The position numbers were made by a program, and so were the translations under genes. Under the pieces are notes generated by a model, which saw only the letters and a list, made by a program, of their open reading frames with translations, ran no database searches and was not told the DNA's origin. A DNA stretch of 64,000 nucleotides from Neoconidiobolus thromboides FSU 785 (taxonomy: Eukaryota; Fungi; Entomophthoromycota): NCBI GenBank assembly GCA_025603075.1, contig MU626349.1, forward strand, positions 1 through 64,000. Direction: 5' to 3'. Of the stretch, positions 26,881 to 40,140 are shown one piece after another. Position 1 is the stretch's first letter; the number at the start of each line of letters is the position of its first letter.

Positions 26881-27279
26881 TGTTAATGTTTTGTTATGCA
26901 AACTGGATTTAGATTTTGACAAGGTAGTAATCTCTTTCTCTCAAACCCGCTATTGTTTATTACTTTATCGTGAGTTTGGAAAATCAACTTTATTATGAAT
27001 GATATGGGTTAATAAATAATAGATAAAACTGAAATAAAATGCAGCAGCTTAATAGATATGATAACCAAATCTAGATTTTCATTTGAAGGAGTGTCTTCTA
27101 CCATAATATTAAGTTGTCGGCTTTAATAGTTTTAACTACTGCACTGAAATAAGATACTAAACAACAAAGTAATTTATTTATACTTTAGCATCATTTTTCA
27201 AGTATTAGATAACACTAAAGGGATCAACAGTACACTCATTAGTATCAATATTTTTTAATCAAATTTACTATATTTAACA

Positions 27280-27382
27280 TATGGGGATGCTTTTTTTGAT
27301 TTCATTACTTTTCCATTTTTAAGCGCTATTTGAGTGAAAAGATTGTTAGTAAAATTCTTAAATAAAAAAATACATCCCCATA
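27280..27382 (-). mobile_element. ~104-bp MITE, copy 3
   Basis: Reverse complement matches the family; both TIRs present. Confidence 0.9.
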
Positions 27383-27479
27383 TATTAATTTTATTTTAAA
27401 AAACAGTTTTTTTTACACTCTTGAAAGGCTAGGGCCCTAACTGTTTTATTAACTAAAACAAAACATGAATACCCAAATC

Positions 27480-27830
27480 AGTAAGCTTGAGGGATTAAGC
27501 TATGAAGGGGAACCACCTAGTAAGATAGGAAGCGATTCCAATACTCACCCACTTTTGGAATAGTCAGGAAGATGAAACAAGATCTATTTCATTTTCAGCC
27601 TCCAGATGGAGTCCCACATAGTGGTGAGAGAGAAGGGATTAAAAGGAATATTGTTCTCACTGGATAGATTAAATTGTAAAACCATGTAGCTTTTATGTAT
27701 AATCTATAGGCTGTTCGAGAGGACTAGCACCTTGGGTATAGTGTTAGTGGAGGATAATATATGTAGCACGCCCAAGAAACCGTCATAAGGTAAGGTAGGC
27801 AATGGGGAAAGATTGAGAGATGAAGATAAT
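27480..27830 (-). mobile_element. GC-elevated degenerate coding relic, possibly a retroelement fragment
   Basis: GC-richer island; the minus frame includes MWDSIWRL with several stops. No family can be assigned. Confidence 0.2.
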
Positions 27831-28863
27831 TAAAATTAAACTTGATTTTTGTCTTTATCCCAGAATTTTAAAATTAGCCAATTAGATAATAGCAAGAAAT
27901 TAATGTTAATTGTGAATAAGAACATATATATTTATAAAAAAGCTGTAATCTTTTTTAAAAAAAGTCCCAAAAGGATATTGTTATTTGTCAAGATTGAAAT
28001 GTATTTGTAAGAGAGTTCGTTGTTTTTTCAAAGCAACTGGAAGGCTTTTTACTCTATGAAAATCAATTTATCGAATATCTCAATCATACTTTTTACCCAG
28101 ACATTTATTCATTATAACTAATAAACTTACAAATAAAATTCCATAACCTGAACAAACTACATAAAATGAAGTTCTAAGTGCTTTTATAAAAATGCTATTA
28201 AATAGGCTTCTATAAAGCAATTACATAAAAAATAACCTATATGATTGAATCTTTTATTCAAGTATTAGGTAATCTTGTTAATATTCAACGTAATTAGTTT
28301 TTAGTATCCAATTTATACAAGTTATAAAATATTAGTTTTTTTGTTACAATTTCTAGATATAGATAATCTACTATTTTTAGTCTAGAAATGTTATTTTACC
28401 ATTTCACAACCTTTGCACATAATTTTCAAATACTGGTAATAAATTCGATTTACTAACAGTTGATACTTTAGAGTTCTAATTTAACATAACAATTTAATGT
28501 AATAACTTAAATAATCAATTAAACTTCAAGAAGTCGTCATTTAAACTATTATTAATATTAGAAATCTTTACTTAAAAAGCCTTAATAGGGAAAATTTTAA
28601 ATTCCAAAAACCCCCAATAAAAACTAATTCTAAAAAGGATTGGATAAATAAAATCGAAACAAGAATTAAAAATTTAGTGTTCCATTAATTTTTTTAAATA
28701 GATTAAAGTTGATAGATAATAGCTTTAATTTATAGATAAAATATACTATTTACTATATTTTAAATTTTGGTTTTAGTACTTTATTTTTAAATAATTAGTG
28801 TAAGAAGCTTAGTTAATATTTTAGCTAATTTACTAATTTATTTCTAGATATTCAACATACAAG

Positions 28864-31800
28864 ATGCAAAATATACTTGAAGTATTTAGTAAAACGCTTC
28901 AAGCGGACCCCAATATTCGTAAGGAGGGAGAACAAACTCTTAAAAGTGTAAAGTTTAATTACCGTTTTTATTATTATTTCTTATCTAAGTTTCTATAGTA
29001 TGAAGGCCAAGCTAACTTATTATCTCATATATTGGAACTAATTAGCTCAAAGGAAACTCCAGATGAAATCAAACTTTCAGGTAAATTAAAAAAACAAGTT
29101 TATTATATTTTGCCTTATTTTATTATTATTCAGCTTCTGTCTACATAAAAAACAGAATAAAAAAGGCTTGGGCTAACTACCCCAGCCTACCTGCTGATAC
29201 TGTTCTAATAGATAACCAAGATAAACTATTTATAAAGGCCAATATTTTGAAGGCTTTACCTACTTTAAAGGAGAACATCAGGTAATAAAGAAAAGATGAA
29301 AAAGAACTTGTTTTAATAATTTTGCTATAGAGAAATTCTTTCTGAGGCCATCTGTTTTATACTTGATGATGAATTTCCAGACAAATGGACAGAATTTATA
29401 CCAACAGTTAGCGAATTAATTAATTCCGAAGACTATAACCTTATCCATTGTGGTCTTCTTTCACTTCGCCAATTGTTTAAAGTTGCTGGGTAAGTTTAGC
29501 ATTTTTATTCTTTTGTCTTATTTAACCTCCTTCTTAGTTATAGAACTTCAAAAGGAGGTGCTGAACTTATCGCAATACTTGCTGATACTACTTTCCCTCA
29601 AATATTATCCATCTGTAATACATTGGTAGCTGATAATACAAATGAAGCTGCTTTACTCATTCGTCTTTCATTGAAGATATATAGAGATGGAACGAAAGTA
29701 ATCATATTTAAAAAATAGTAATTCAATATTTAAGTTAAACCCATAGGTCATTCTTACTAAATCTCAACAAGAGCCAAATACATTGATTGCATGGGGGAAT
29801 TTGTTTATTAGAATAATTGAAAAAGAGCTTCCTCCTCAGTTGTTACCAAATGATTTAGAAGAAAGAGAAGATGCACCTTGGGTGTTAGCTCAAAAATGGG
29901 CTGCTGTATGTTTAAACTTATTATTCAATAGGTAAATTAACATATAATATCAACAACTATCGCTTATTAATTGATTTATTGTAGATACGGTAATCCATCT
30001 GGTATGAGTACAAAAAGCAAATATTATAAATTTGCAAAACAATTTGTTTCACATTTTGCACCTAACATTTGCAATGTCTATCTTAAACAACTTTACAATT
30101 ATTTGGATAACAAGGCCTGGGTTAGCAAAAAGGTGCTCATTAAGTTGATCGATTATTTTGGTGTTTGTTTCACTCACCGAGTTACTTGGGATGTTATTAA
30201 ACCGCATACCGAAAGGCTTATTAAAGATCTTATCTATCCAAATCTTGGCTATACTGCTACTGATGAAGCAAGCTGGGAAGATAATCCTTCGCAATTTATT
30301 AATCAACGCATTGAAATCCAAAAGGAAAAGAATTCACTTACAGATGCTTGTTTATATTTATTAGAAGAAATGGTAGAATCTAAAAAGAAGTATACGCTTA
30401 ATGGGTTATTGGATTTTGTTATTGGGGTATTAAGTAAGAATAAAGACATCCCATCCAATCCACAAACAGATCATGAAAAAGATGCAGCATTGGCTATCTT
30501 AGAATGTATTGATCATTGGTTAATTGAATCCAATTCCAAAATTCGTCTTCAAACTGAACAGTGTTTAGTTCAACTTGTCCTTCCAGAGTTGAAAAATCCA
30601 AATCAATTTGTTAGATATCGTGCCTGCTCAATAGTTCACCGTTTATCAGAGCTTCAGTTCTCAAATGAGTCCACAGCTACATTGTGTTACGAAAATGTAT
30701 TGCCTTTATTAAGTGAATCCCAAATACAAAATCGTGTTATCGCTGCACTCACAATCGGACAGTTATTACAATATGAAACTGTAATTAGTGTAGTAGAAAA
30801 CCAAGTACCTCAAATCATGGAACAACTTTTATTTTTAACAAGTCAAGTAGATGTTGAGCCTTTATCTTTAGTTATTGAGGTTCTAGTTGAAGCTTTCAAT
30901 GAAAAATTGGTACCTTACACCAGCTCTTTATGTGAATCGTTGGTTATGACCCTTAAACGTTTATTTAATGAAATCGCTTCGCTAGGTGACGAGACTGAAC
31001 AAGCCTATACCGAAAAAAATGATAAGATCTATTCAGCATCAGGTATCATTCGTACTATCGTGTCTTTATTATATGGCTTGGAAGGAAAGAAAGATATTTT
31101 ATTCCCAATTGAACCTATGCTTGTACATGTAGTTCACCACATCTTTACGAATAATGTGGATTTATTATTTGAAGAAGCATTTGAGTTAGCTGATGGATTA
31201 ATTTATTCTCTTCAAACGGTTACACCTGGACTCTGGGAAATATTTGATATTGTCCATAGTTTGATCACCAACAATGTTTTGGATTATTTTTCACATGCAC
31301 ATCAATACCTCGATAGTATAATCATCAAGGGAAATATAGAAATAGCTCAAAACCGTGTTCTACTTGAAAAAGTATATTTAACTATTTCGCATATTTGCAA
31401 TGATAATGATACTTCAGAATACGACAAACTTAAAGCTACCCGACTTTTGATTTTAATGATACTTAATTTACAACAATGTTCACAACTTTTATTTGAACCA
31501 GTGCTTAAATATGCTTTCCAACGTTTGGTCAATCATGGCGATATTGGGTTAAAAAGATTAACTTCAACTTTAGTATTACTTGTTGTGTCCTGCTTAGCTA
31601 TTGACTTTTCAAGTGCTTTACACATCATTGAAGAGAATGGGTGGACATCTGGATTCTTTACTATTTGGTTCCAACAATTTGAAGAGTTAAGCATGTAAGT
31701 AAATCAAATCTAGGAATGATAAGATAAACTAACAATGAATTTAGAGTGCATGATAAAAAACTATGTATTGTTGCTTTATGTAATGTAATTAAGTTCCCAT

Positions 31801-32443
31801 ACAACCAATTACCAGAAACTCTTAAAGGGGGCTGGGCTCATATATTAAATGGTGTTTCATCAAATTTCAAAGGACTTCCAGATGCTGAAAAGAGTAAATT
31901 TTACTTCTTGTTTTTAATCGTTCATTTTTTATCTTATTTTAGGACGCCAAGAAGCTCTCAATGAAATTAGCAATAACTACGATAACACTGACCCAGATAA
32001 TATAAGTGCTACAGCAGATGGTGGAACTGTAGAAGAAGGTAATTTTAATTGACTTTATTTTAATTATTATTCATTTTTTGTTAGATGATGACGATAATGA
32101 TTCGGATGATTTGAGCATTGAAGATAGAAACCATATTCAGCAAATGATTGACGAAGCACAAGGGGAAGATAATGAAGATGGGGAAACCGACGATTCAGAT
32201 GATGACTCATATATGTATGAAGATATCATAGATGCAGAACCATCTAAATCACCAATTGAAGAGTTAGATGCTTATATTTATTTCCAGGATTCATTAAATG
32301 AAGTGGAAGCTAGAGATCCATCCGCCTTCCAAGCATTAATTTCAGGGGTTGACCCAGAATCTAAGTTAATCTTAGACGACGTTATAATTAAAGCTAGAGA
32401 AAGGCGTAATGTTGTTGCTGAAGAAGTAGCCGCACCACAATAG
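28864..32443 (+). CDS. Importin-7/8 family karyopherin (NMD5/SXM1-like), multi-exon
   Basis: MQNILEVFSKTLQADPNIRKEGEQTLK, ASVYIKNRIKKAW, KWAAVCLNLLFNRYGNP, WEDNPSQFI, HDKKLCIVAL, acidic C-terminus ELDAYIYF. Confidence 0.9.
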
Positions 32444-32998
32444 ATAAATAATTTGATTTACATTTTTACTAAAAGATATATGTTAATAAAATTTATATTG
32501 CTGGATTTATAATCCATGAAAAACAGTTATTTTATATTTTTTGAATATATCGTACGAAATATTCGGAAAAAAAAATTCAATTTCAGAAAGGTGCTCACTT
32601 AATATACGATCATTTATAGAAGAGCTAATAATAATTTAAAAGTACACATGGTTTGATTTTGTATGAACAAGTCTAAAAGCCTGGTTTGACTTTATGAATA
32701 AATTTTATATGACTTCGGTTTAGAACTATAGCTTTTCAATAACAGATTTAGGGAAATAGTGCTATATTTAATGATTTGCATTTTAAAACGAACCTATTTA
32801 TTTGTATCTACTTGTTTTTATACATCAAATGTCTTATCATTTTTTATTATCTAGATGTTTCATTAATGCATACAAAAAGAATATTAAAAATTAAGATTAT
32901 TTAAATACAAAGCCAACCAATCGGTGTGAGTATAATGGTATTCACACATTAGAGGGACACAAATATTAAATAAAACGCTTACAATCATAAAATATACA

Positions 32999-33102
32999 TA
33001 TGAGGATGTTTTTTTGGCTTCATTATTTTTTCCATTTTTTAAGCATTATTTGAGTAGAAAAATTGTGAGTAAAATTCTTAAATACAAAAATACATCCCCA
33101 TA
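32999..33102 (-). mobile_element. ~104-bp MITE, copy 4 (left arm of palindromic pair)
   Basis: Reverse complement matches the family and differs from copy 5 at about 4 positions. Confidence 0.92.
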
Positions 33103-33134
33103 CGTTTTTAAATATTTGCTATCATACATTAAGG

Positions 33135-33239
33135 TATGGGGGTGTATTTTTGTATTTAAGAATTTTACTCACAATTTTTCTACTCAAATAATGCTTAAAA
33201 AATGGAAAAAATAATGAAGCCAAAAAAAACATCCCCGTA
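33135..33239 (+). mobile_element. ~104-bp MITE, copy 5 (right arm of palindromic pair)
   Basis: TATGGGGGTGT...ACATCCCCGTA; 32-bp spacer from copy 4. Confidence 0.92.
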
Positions 33240-34062
33240 TAATGTTTTAAATAAAGGTTTGTTTCCTGTTAGATGCTGTAGTTTTTTATATACTGGATTA
33301 TTTAGCAAAATCATAAAAGCTTTAATTAAAACTCTACATTTAACTAATGTTATTAATTTAAAAATTCCCTGCATCTTATAGTCTTTTATCGATATGCTTT
33401 ATTTTATCTGATGCTTCTAACTACTATTTCTTAAAAGACGCCACCTTAGGGATGCATTTTTGGTAAAAGCTATATGTTAAACTTAAGAGTTTTGATATCA
33501 TATAATATAAAAGATAAGGTTACTTTTATTACATCTTGTTAATAAGTTAAGGTAGATATTGGTTAGTAGCCTACATATATATAATAAGGAGTATTGGATA
33601 CTAAATTCAATTTTATTTAAAAGTGAATAGAAGTGATAAATCGACTAACAATAAAATTTTGCAAAATGTTAGTGACTAGAATATAAGTACAAGTTTGTTT
33701 ATATTCAACCGCTCATTCTTTTAATCAAAACAAATACAGTCTAATTCAATGATACGTTTATAAAATGGTGAAAACTGTCACTCATTATGCTTACAATTGT
33801 ATCTCATTATATTATATTCTTTTTACTATAAATACCAAGTTATTTTAATTTAATTACCACGAAAGTTTATTTTAACATCTACATAAAGTCAGAATCGTGC
33901 TTAATATAGTTAAATTTATACTTTTTGAAATTTATTTTTGATTTTAAAAAATAATTTTAATCTATCTACTTTATCCTTTCCAATAATAAAATAAGAGAAG
34001 CAAGTTTAACTTAAAGGCTCAATTCTTTAGGCAAATATACAATAAAAATACTTGAAATATTT

Positions 34063-34420
34063 TTAGTGCTGGTTTTTATGCTGTTTAACTAAATTGTTTT
34101 TATATTGTTGATCGAACTCATTTGCTATAAAATATGGTAAACATATAAACAAAAAAATAATGAATAATAGCTTACGATTGTATAAAAGTAATTTTTCAAT
34201 CAAGTCAACATGGGTCAAAATCATTCTTCTACAGCAATAGCGAGTTAAACCACAATCATCCAAGGCTTCTCTAGTAATAGAAATTTCAGTATAATTTTTA
34301 ATGAAAAATTGTATTTGATTACTTTTTGCTGAGTCCATCATTGGCCATCCTTGATTTGTAATGTTCCCATACATTTCCGACTACTTTACCACATGAAAAA
34401 CATCTTACTGGTACAATCAT
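34063..34420 (-). CDS. RPB10: DNA-directed RNA polymerases I/II/III subunit RPABC5 (3 exons)
   Basis: [15 protein letters not shown]...[32 protein letters not shown]. Confidence 0.96.
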
Positions 34421-34860
34421 TTTAATTCAACAAGCTTAGTTTATAGAATCCCAAAAATTCAAACTTATTTTTGGTGGGATTTATTTTGACCAATCATAAA
34501 GACTGTTTTTATAGGATATAAAAGCTAACTCAAATCAAAAATTTATAACCTAACAATCAAATAAGCCCATAAAAAAAATGATCATAAAACTACACATTGA
34601 TATTTTTTCAAATTGTTACTGAAACCCTTGGTTGAGTTATGTATATCCAAAATATAAACAAGTAATATTTTGAATTATTTTATATTTTTGACTTAACTTA
34701 CCTCAATCTAAGATTAATCTAAAAATTTACTTATTGTGACAACAAATCAGCGATCGATAGCAAATTTAAAAATTATGTAGTTCAAAAATGGAAAAAAAGT
34801 TTTACGAAATTTTCGAAAGCTAAAATTCAAAATCATTTTTTATTACTATAATTTTTAAAA

Positions 34861-36428
34861 ATGAAAGGAACAATAACACAAACAATGATATTTGCGAAAC
34901 ATATTTCCAAGGTAAGCAATGTTTTCTTTAATTTAATGCCAATAATAATCAATTAGTTTCAAAAAACTCCTCTACGTACTTTGGCCAACATATCCAATAT
35001 CAAACTAGAACCAACCAAGAACAAACAAAAGAAAGATATCGATTTTTCGAAAAAATTAAAAGAAGGACCAAGTTTTGCTGATTTCGTTAGTACCAAAGAA
35101 AAACCTTTGACACCAGAAGAAGCTTTGGAGCTCAAAGAGCCAGTTAATCCTACCAAAGCACAAAGCACAAAAGGGAAATCAAAACAGTAAGGCATAATAT
35201 TGATAATAAGTAACAGATATTAAATTTAATAGTGTACGTTTACCACAATGGCTTAAAACGGATATACCAATGGGAAAAAATTTTACTAAGATAAAGGAAA
35301 ACTTAAGAGAATTAAAGCTACATACAGTAATAAATTAATTCAAATTAGAGAATAGAGTTAAACTAGAATTTTAGGTCTGTGAAGAGGCTAAATGTCCAAA
35401 CATCTCAGACTGTTGGGGCGGTGGCGAGCATCAAACAGCCACAGCTACTATCATGGTAATTTTTATTTATTTATATTAAAATTTGGTCTTATTTTATAAG
35501 TTAATGGGAGATGAATGTACTAGAGGCTGCAGATTTTGTTCAGTTAAAACAAACCGAAACCCAAAACCTTTAGACCCCCATGAACCTGAACATACTGCTG
35601 AAGCCATTTCAAGATGGGGTCTCGATTATGTTGTTTTAACTTCTGTTGATCGTGATGGTAATTATAAAATTTAGCATCATATATATAACAATTTATTAAC
35701 TTTATTCATAGATTTAAGCGATGGTGGGTCAAACCATTTTGCTTCAACTATCATGAAAATCAAACAAAAGTAAGCAGTCTATTAGTTTTTTGAGTTATAT
35801 TTTAACATAGATATCAAGAGCACCACAGATCTTAGTTGAATGCTTAACAGGAGATTTCCAAGGGAATTTAGATGATGTGGCACGAGTCGCACGCTCTGGA
35901 CTTGATGTATATGCTCATAATTTAGAGACAGTAGAGGACCTTACACCCTATGTTCGTGACCGTCGTGCTAAATACCGTCAATCTTTAGCTGTTTTAGAGC
36001 ATGCTAAAAAAACAGTTCCAAGTTTGATAACAAAGACCTCTATCATGCTAGGTTGTGGTGAGCGTGATGAAGAGGTCTTGCAAACTATGAAGGGTATGTT
36101 AAAATTTACGAGACTACTTAAATAGAGGACTAATTAATATATTTTAGATTTACGTGCAGCCGATGTAGATTGCTTAACTTTAGGGCAGTATATGCGCCCA
36201 ACTAAGAAACATATGAAGGTTAGTGAGTATGTGACACCAGAAAAATTTGCACATTGGCAAAAGATGGGAGATTCTTTAGGGTTTAAATATGTTGCTAGTG
36301 GACCACTAGTAAGATCTTCCTATAAAGCAGGAGAGTTCTATATTTCTAATATATTGAAACAACGTAAGAAGGATAATGTGGTTGAAGTTCAAACTAAATC
36401 AAAGGAGGAAGATGCAAGACTTTCGTAA
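34861..36428 (+). CDS. LIP5: Mitochondrial lipoyl synthase (radical SAM)
   Basis: [66 protein letters not shown]. Divergent from RPB10 across about 440 bp. Confidence 0.96.
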
Positions 36429-36858
36429 AAATTATTTTAAATATTTGTAGTATTGTATAAATAGTTTGTTATAACTGTTGATTCATTATTATTGTTTCTC
36501 AAGTGGGAACTGTCCTATTTTATCTAATGATTAAAATTATACCTATTTTTTAATGATTGATCTTTTTGTTTAACTGTATTATAGCATTTAATATGTGAGT
36601 TTTAAATATATATTCCTTTTTAACATAAGAAAAATAAGTGCATATAGATAAATTAACACACATAACTTAAAGCTTACCAGTTGTAGCTTAGTATCTAAGT
36701 ACATTTAATTTTATCCATAAATTTCAAAATATTTTGCAATTTGTTCTGATCCCCAAAATCAGGCAGGGTTCTAATTGGCTAATAAAACTCTTCAATTTTA
36801 TTTCGAGATTAAAAACTAATCTACTTGACTTAAACTCTTTTGCTAATAAACTAAAAAA

Positions 36859-37818
36859 ATGGATGAACAAGATATTATGATCGATGGCAGTTTCACTGGA
36901 AATTCTGGTGCCCATCAAGCACAAACTACAGAATATGACATGGAAGATAACTCAGTTGCTCCCAAGCCCCAATTTAAACCTTTTGAAGAGAAAAAAACGG
37001 TAAGTGAAAATCAGTTATCTAGCTCTAAATGTTAGTCCAGAGTAGAAAATAACTTATTTTTCAGATCAACAGAAATGAACGCCGTAAAGTGCCTATTCCA
37101 CAACATCGTATGGCCCCTTTAAGAAAGGAATGGATGAAGCTTTATACCCCCGTTGTTGAACATTTAAAGCTAAATATTAGAATGAATGTTAAAAGTAAAA
37201 CTGTGGAGCTTGCTGTAAAATTTTTATTAATGTTTTTTTTAACGTTATTAAATTTGCTTTTATAGACTTCAGAACTTACTGAAGAACAAAGTGCTTTACA
37301 AAAAGGCGCTGACTTTGTGAAGGCTTTTGCTTTAGGGTTTAATTTAGATGTATGACTTGTATAATATTTATCAAAAGTGGTTTTAATTATTCTTTAGGAT
37401 TCAATTGCTTTACTTCGATTAGATGAATTATATATTGACAGTTTTGAAATTAAAGATGGTAATAGATTTTAAAAATAGCGAAAAAGCATTGACTAACTAA
37501 AAATCTAGTTAAAACGCTTCAAGGAGACCATCTTTCAAGAGCTATTGGTCGTATTGCAGGGAAGGATGGAAAAACCAAGTTCACCATTGAAAATACTACC
37601 AAAACGCGTATTGTGTTGGCAGATACGTAATGATAATTAATACTTCATTGGTTTAAAATTTATTAATTTAATTTAATAGTAAAATTCACATTCTTGGCTC
37701 ATTCCAAAACATTAGAATTGCCAAAGATGCTGTCTGTTCCCTAATCTTAGGTTCTCCACCAGGCAAAGTATATTCAACGTTAAGAACTATTTCTTCCCGT
37801 CTTAAGGAAAGGTTTTAA
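36859..37818 (+). CDS. PNO1: Pre-rRNA-processing KH-domain protein PNO1/DIM2
   Basis: [65 protein letters not shown]...KERF*. Confidence 0.96.
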
Positions 37819-38710
37819 TTTAAAGCGCCCTTTTTATTGTACCTTTTATGTTTTAGTATATTCTTCGTACACCAAAATGTTCTTCTAACATATATAATTA
37901 TAAATATAGATTATAAACTTAATAGTACTAAATTTAACTTTTTATTTTTATACTTTCAATTACAAAGGATAAATTATGTTGAGGCAAACCAATATTCAGT
38001 CTTATGTTTTATACCCTTAGTGAATAATTGCTTTTATTATACTAAAATTATTTTGAGCGTTTTCAAAAAATAAAATTTAATTATCCACCTACATGGTCGA
38101 TAAAACAGTCTATTTTATTTAAGCGTTGTTTTTCAAGGTTGATAAATTATTTAGATGAAATATTACTTTATAAAAATATTTTTAATATAATACACCACAG
38201 TTAAAAACACTACTCTTTATTATCTCTATTTTATAATACTTTAATTGATCACTTTTTGAACTCAGTTTAAAAAACCACTTATTATAAAAATGTGGAGGAG
38301 CCTCTTTTTTTCAGGATTTTGTCCATTTTTATGCAACTTAAAATCCAAAATTTTTTTCTAAGTAAATTTTGAAAAAAGTTCGTTTATACATTTTTATATA
38401 AATAAATGAATTATTTGGATGAAAACATTCAGACGTGTCTAAAACTTAGTAATAGCCTTAAACTATTAAAATTTCTACTAATATTTTTATAAAAGTTTTT
38501 TATTAAAACAGATTCTGCTAAGAATTAGCTTAAGAATATTCAAACTGATCCACGAATTTGATGGGAGCAAAAAAGTTAGAAACTATTATCCATCATTTAA
38601 TTGGATAAACCAGATCTGACCACTTAAGCCCAATACACTAAAATTTACGTCATATAAAATGACCTCAAAGTCAGAATTTCCCCAAAACTTTTAACCTAGT
38701 AATATTAACA

Positions 38711-38944
38711 ATGTTTAAATCATCAATCCGTCGTATTGTACAAGTCCCAATGGTCAGTGGTAGACGTCTTTATAGCGAAGCCCGTGCCGGAAGTGACTCT
38801 TTTGGTAAAAGAGAAAAGGCTGCTGAAGACCAATATGTTCGTAAACACGAGCAAGAGCAGCTTAAAAAGTTGAGAGAGCAACTTGAAAAGACCCAAAAGG
38901 AAGTTGAAGACCTCGAAAAGAAAATTAATCAAAAAGGAAACTAA
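38711..38944 (+). CDS. INH1: Mitochondrial F1Fo ATPase inhibitor IF1
   Basis: Presequence followed by [32 protein letters not shown] coiled coil; single exon. Confidence 0.92.
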   Translation: MFKSSIRRIVQVPMVSGRRLYSEARAGSDSFGKREKAAEDQYVRKHEQEQLKKLREQLEKTQKEVEDLEKKINQKGN

Positions 38945-39035
38945 ACGCTTTTTGTATTAACCACAAGCTTTTTTAATAAAAAATCGTTGTATTTGATTGT
39001 ATTCTTTTTTTACTTTTTTACTTTTTTTTGTTTTT

Positions 39036-39958
39036 ATGGATTTAAATAATATTGAAAGCTTGGCTGAAGAGATTTTAAAACGTTATGATAAGTAATTTTG
39101 GCAGCTTCATTTTAAGTTTACTTTAATATTCATCTAGCTCTAATGACGATGATAGATATATAATTTTAGTTGCTGGTAAATTTTTTATAAACATTTAACA
39201 TTTATTTTATAATAAAGGAATTCCCGGTTCTGGTAAAACGACTTTAGCCAACGATTTAGTCAGTCGAATCAATCAACTTCTTCAAGAAGAAGTCAGTATA
39301 GCCTTACCTATGGACGGTTTTCATTTAACTAAAGAACAATTGTCTCATTTTGAAGTAATGTTTATAAATTTTCATTGAATAAAATTAATTCAGATTAAGG
39401 ATCCTGAAGAAGCATTTAAAAGAAGAGGAGCTCCTTGGACTTTTGATGCTAAAAGTAGTTTACTATACTTAATTTTACTTATTTTACTAATATATAGGTT
39501 TTCACATGTGCTTACAAGAATTAAAGCAGTCTAAAGATACTTTTTATTTTCCTTCCTTTGACCACTCCGTTGGTGATCCTGTAGATAAGGGTATAAAAAT
39601 ATTATCAAGGTAATATCCTTCTTACTTTCGATCAATTTTTAACTATTTTCAAAGTCATAGGCTTATAATTGTTGAAGGAAACTATTTACTTTATGATGGT
39701 CCCATATGGAAAGACTTAAATTTATTAGCCAAATTCACCTTATTTTTAAACTGTCCACTTGGGTTAGCAAAAGAACGTTTGATTAAAAGACATATGGAAG
39801 CTGGCATAGGTAATTTACTTATTGATTGTAGATATAATTAACAATGCAAACTAGAAAATACCTACGAAAACGCTTTGAATAGAGCAACGAATAATGATCT
39901 AAAGAATGCAGAGTTAATCTTGAATAATATTGTTAAGCCTGATAAATTTTTACTTTAA
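39036..39958 (+). CDS. YFH7: YFH7-like P-loop kinase (uridine/pantothenate/phosphoribulokinase fold), multi-exon
   Basis: IILVAGIPGSGKTTLA, LPMDGFHL, RRGAPWTFD, FPSFDHSVGDPV, IIVEGNYLL, NDLKNAELI. Confidence 0.88.
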
Positions 39959-40140
39959 CTATTAATGTTGAAATAAAATTTAAAAAAATTATTGTACATT
40001 CTAAGCTAATAAATTATTTTAATCTAAATAGGAATACACTTCATGATATTGCTATTAAAGGCTGTGATTGTGATTCAAATTTATTTATAATTACCAATCA
40101 ATAATAATAATAACTACTTTAATCTATAAAAATAAGTGCT

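Noticed and set aside
32920-32990. Possible tRNA from the A-box-like AGTATAATGGT
   Set aside because: No anticodon arm, T-arm (GTTC) or acceptor stem; only the hairpin is reported.
33014-33214. 66-aa ORF from the ORF track
   Set aside because: It lies entirely within the MITE palindrome. The 61286-61531 ORF is likewise partly MITE-derived.
33398-33424. FILSDASNY, resembling a gypsy RNase H motif
   Set aside because: Nine residues with no supporting flanking homology; too short to call.
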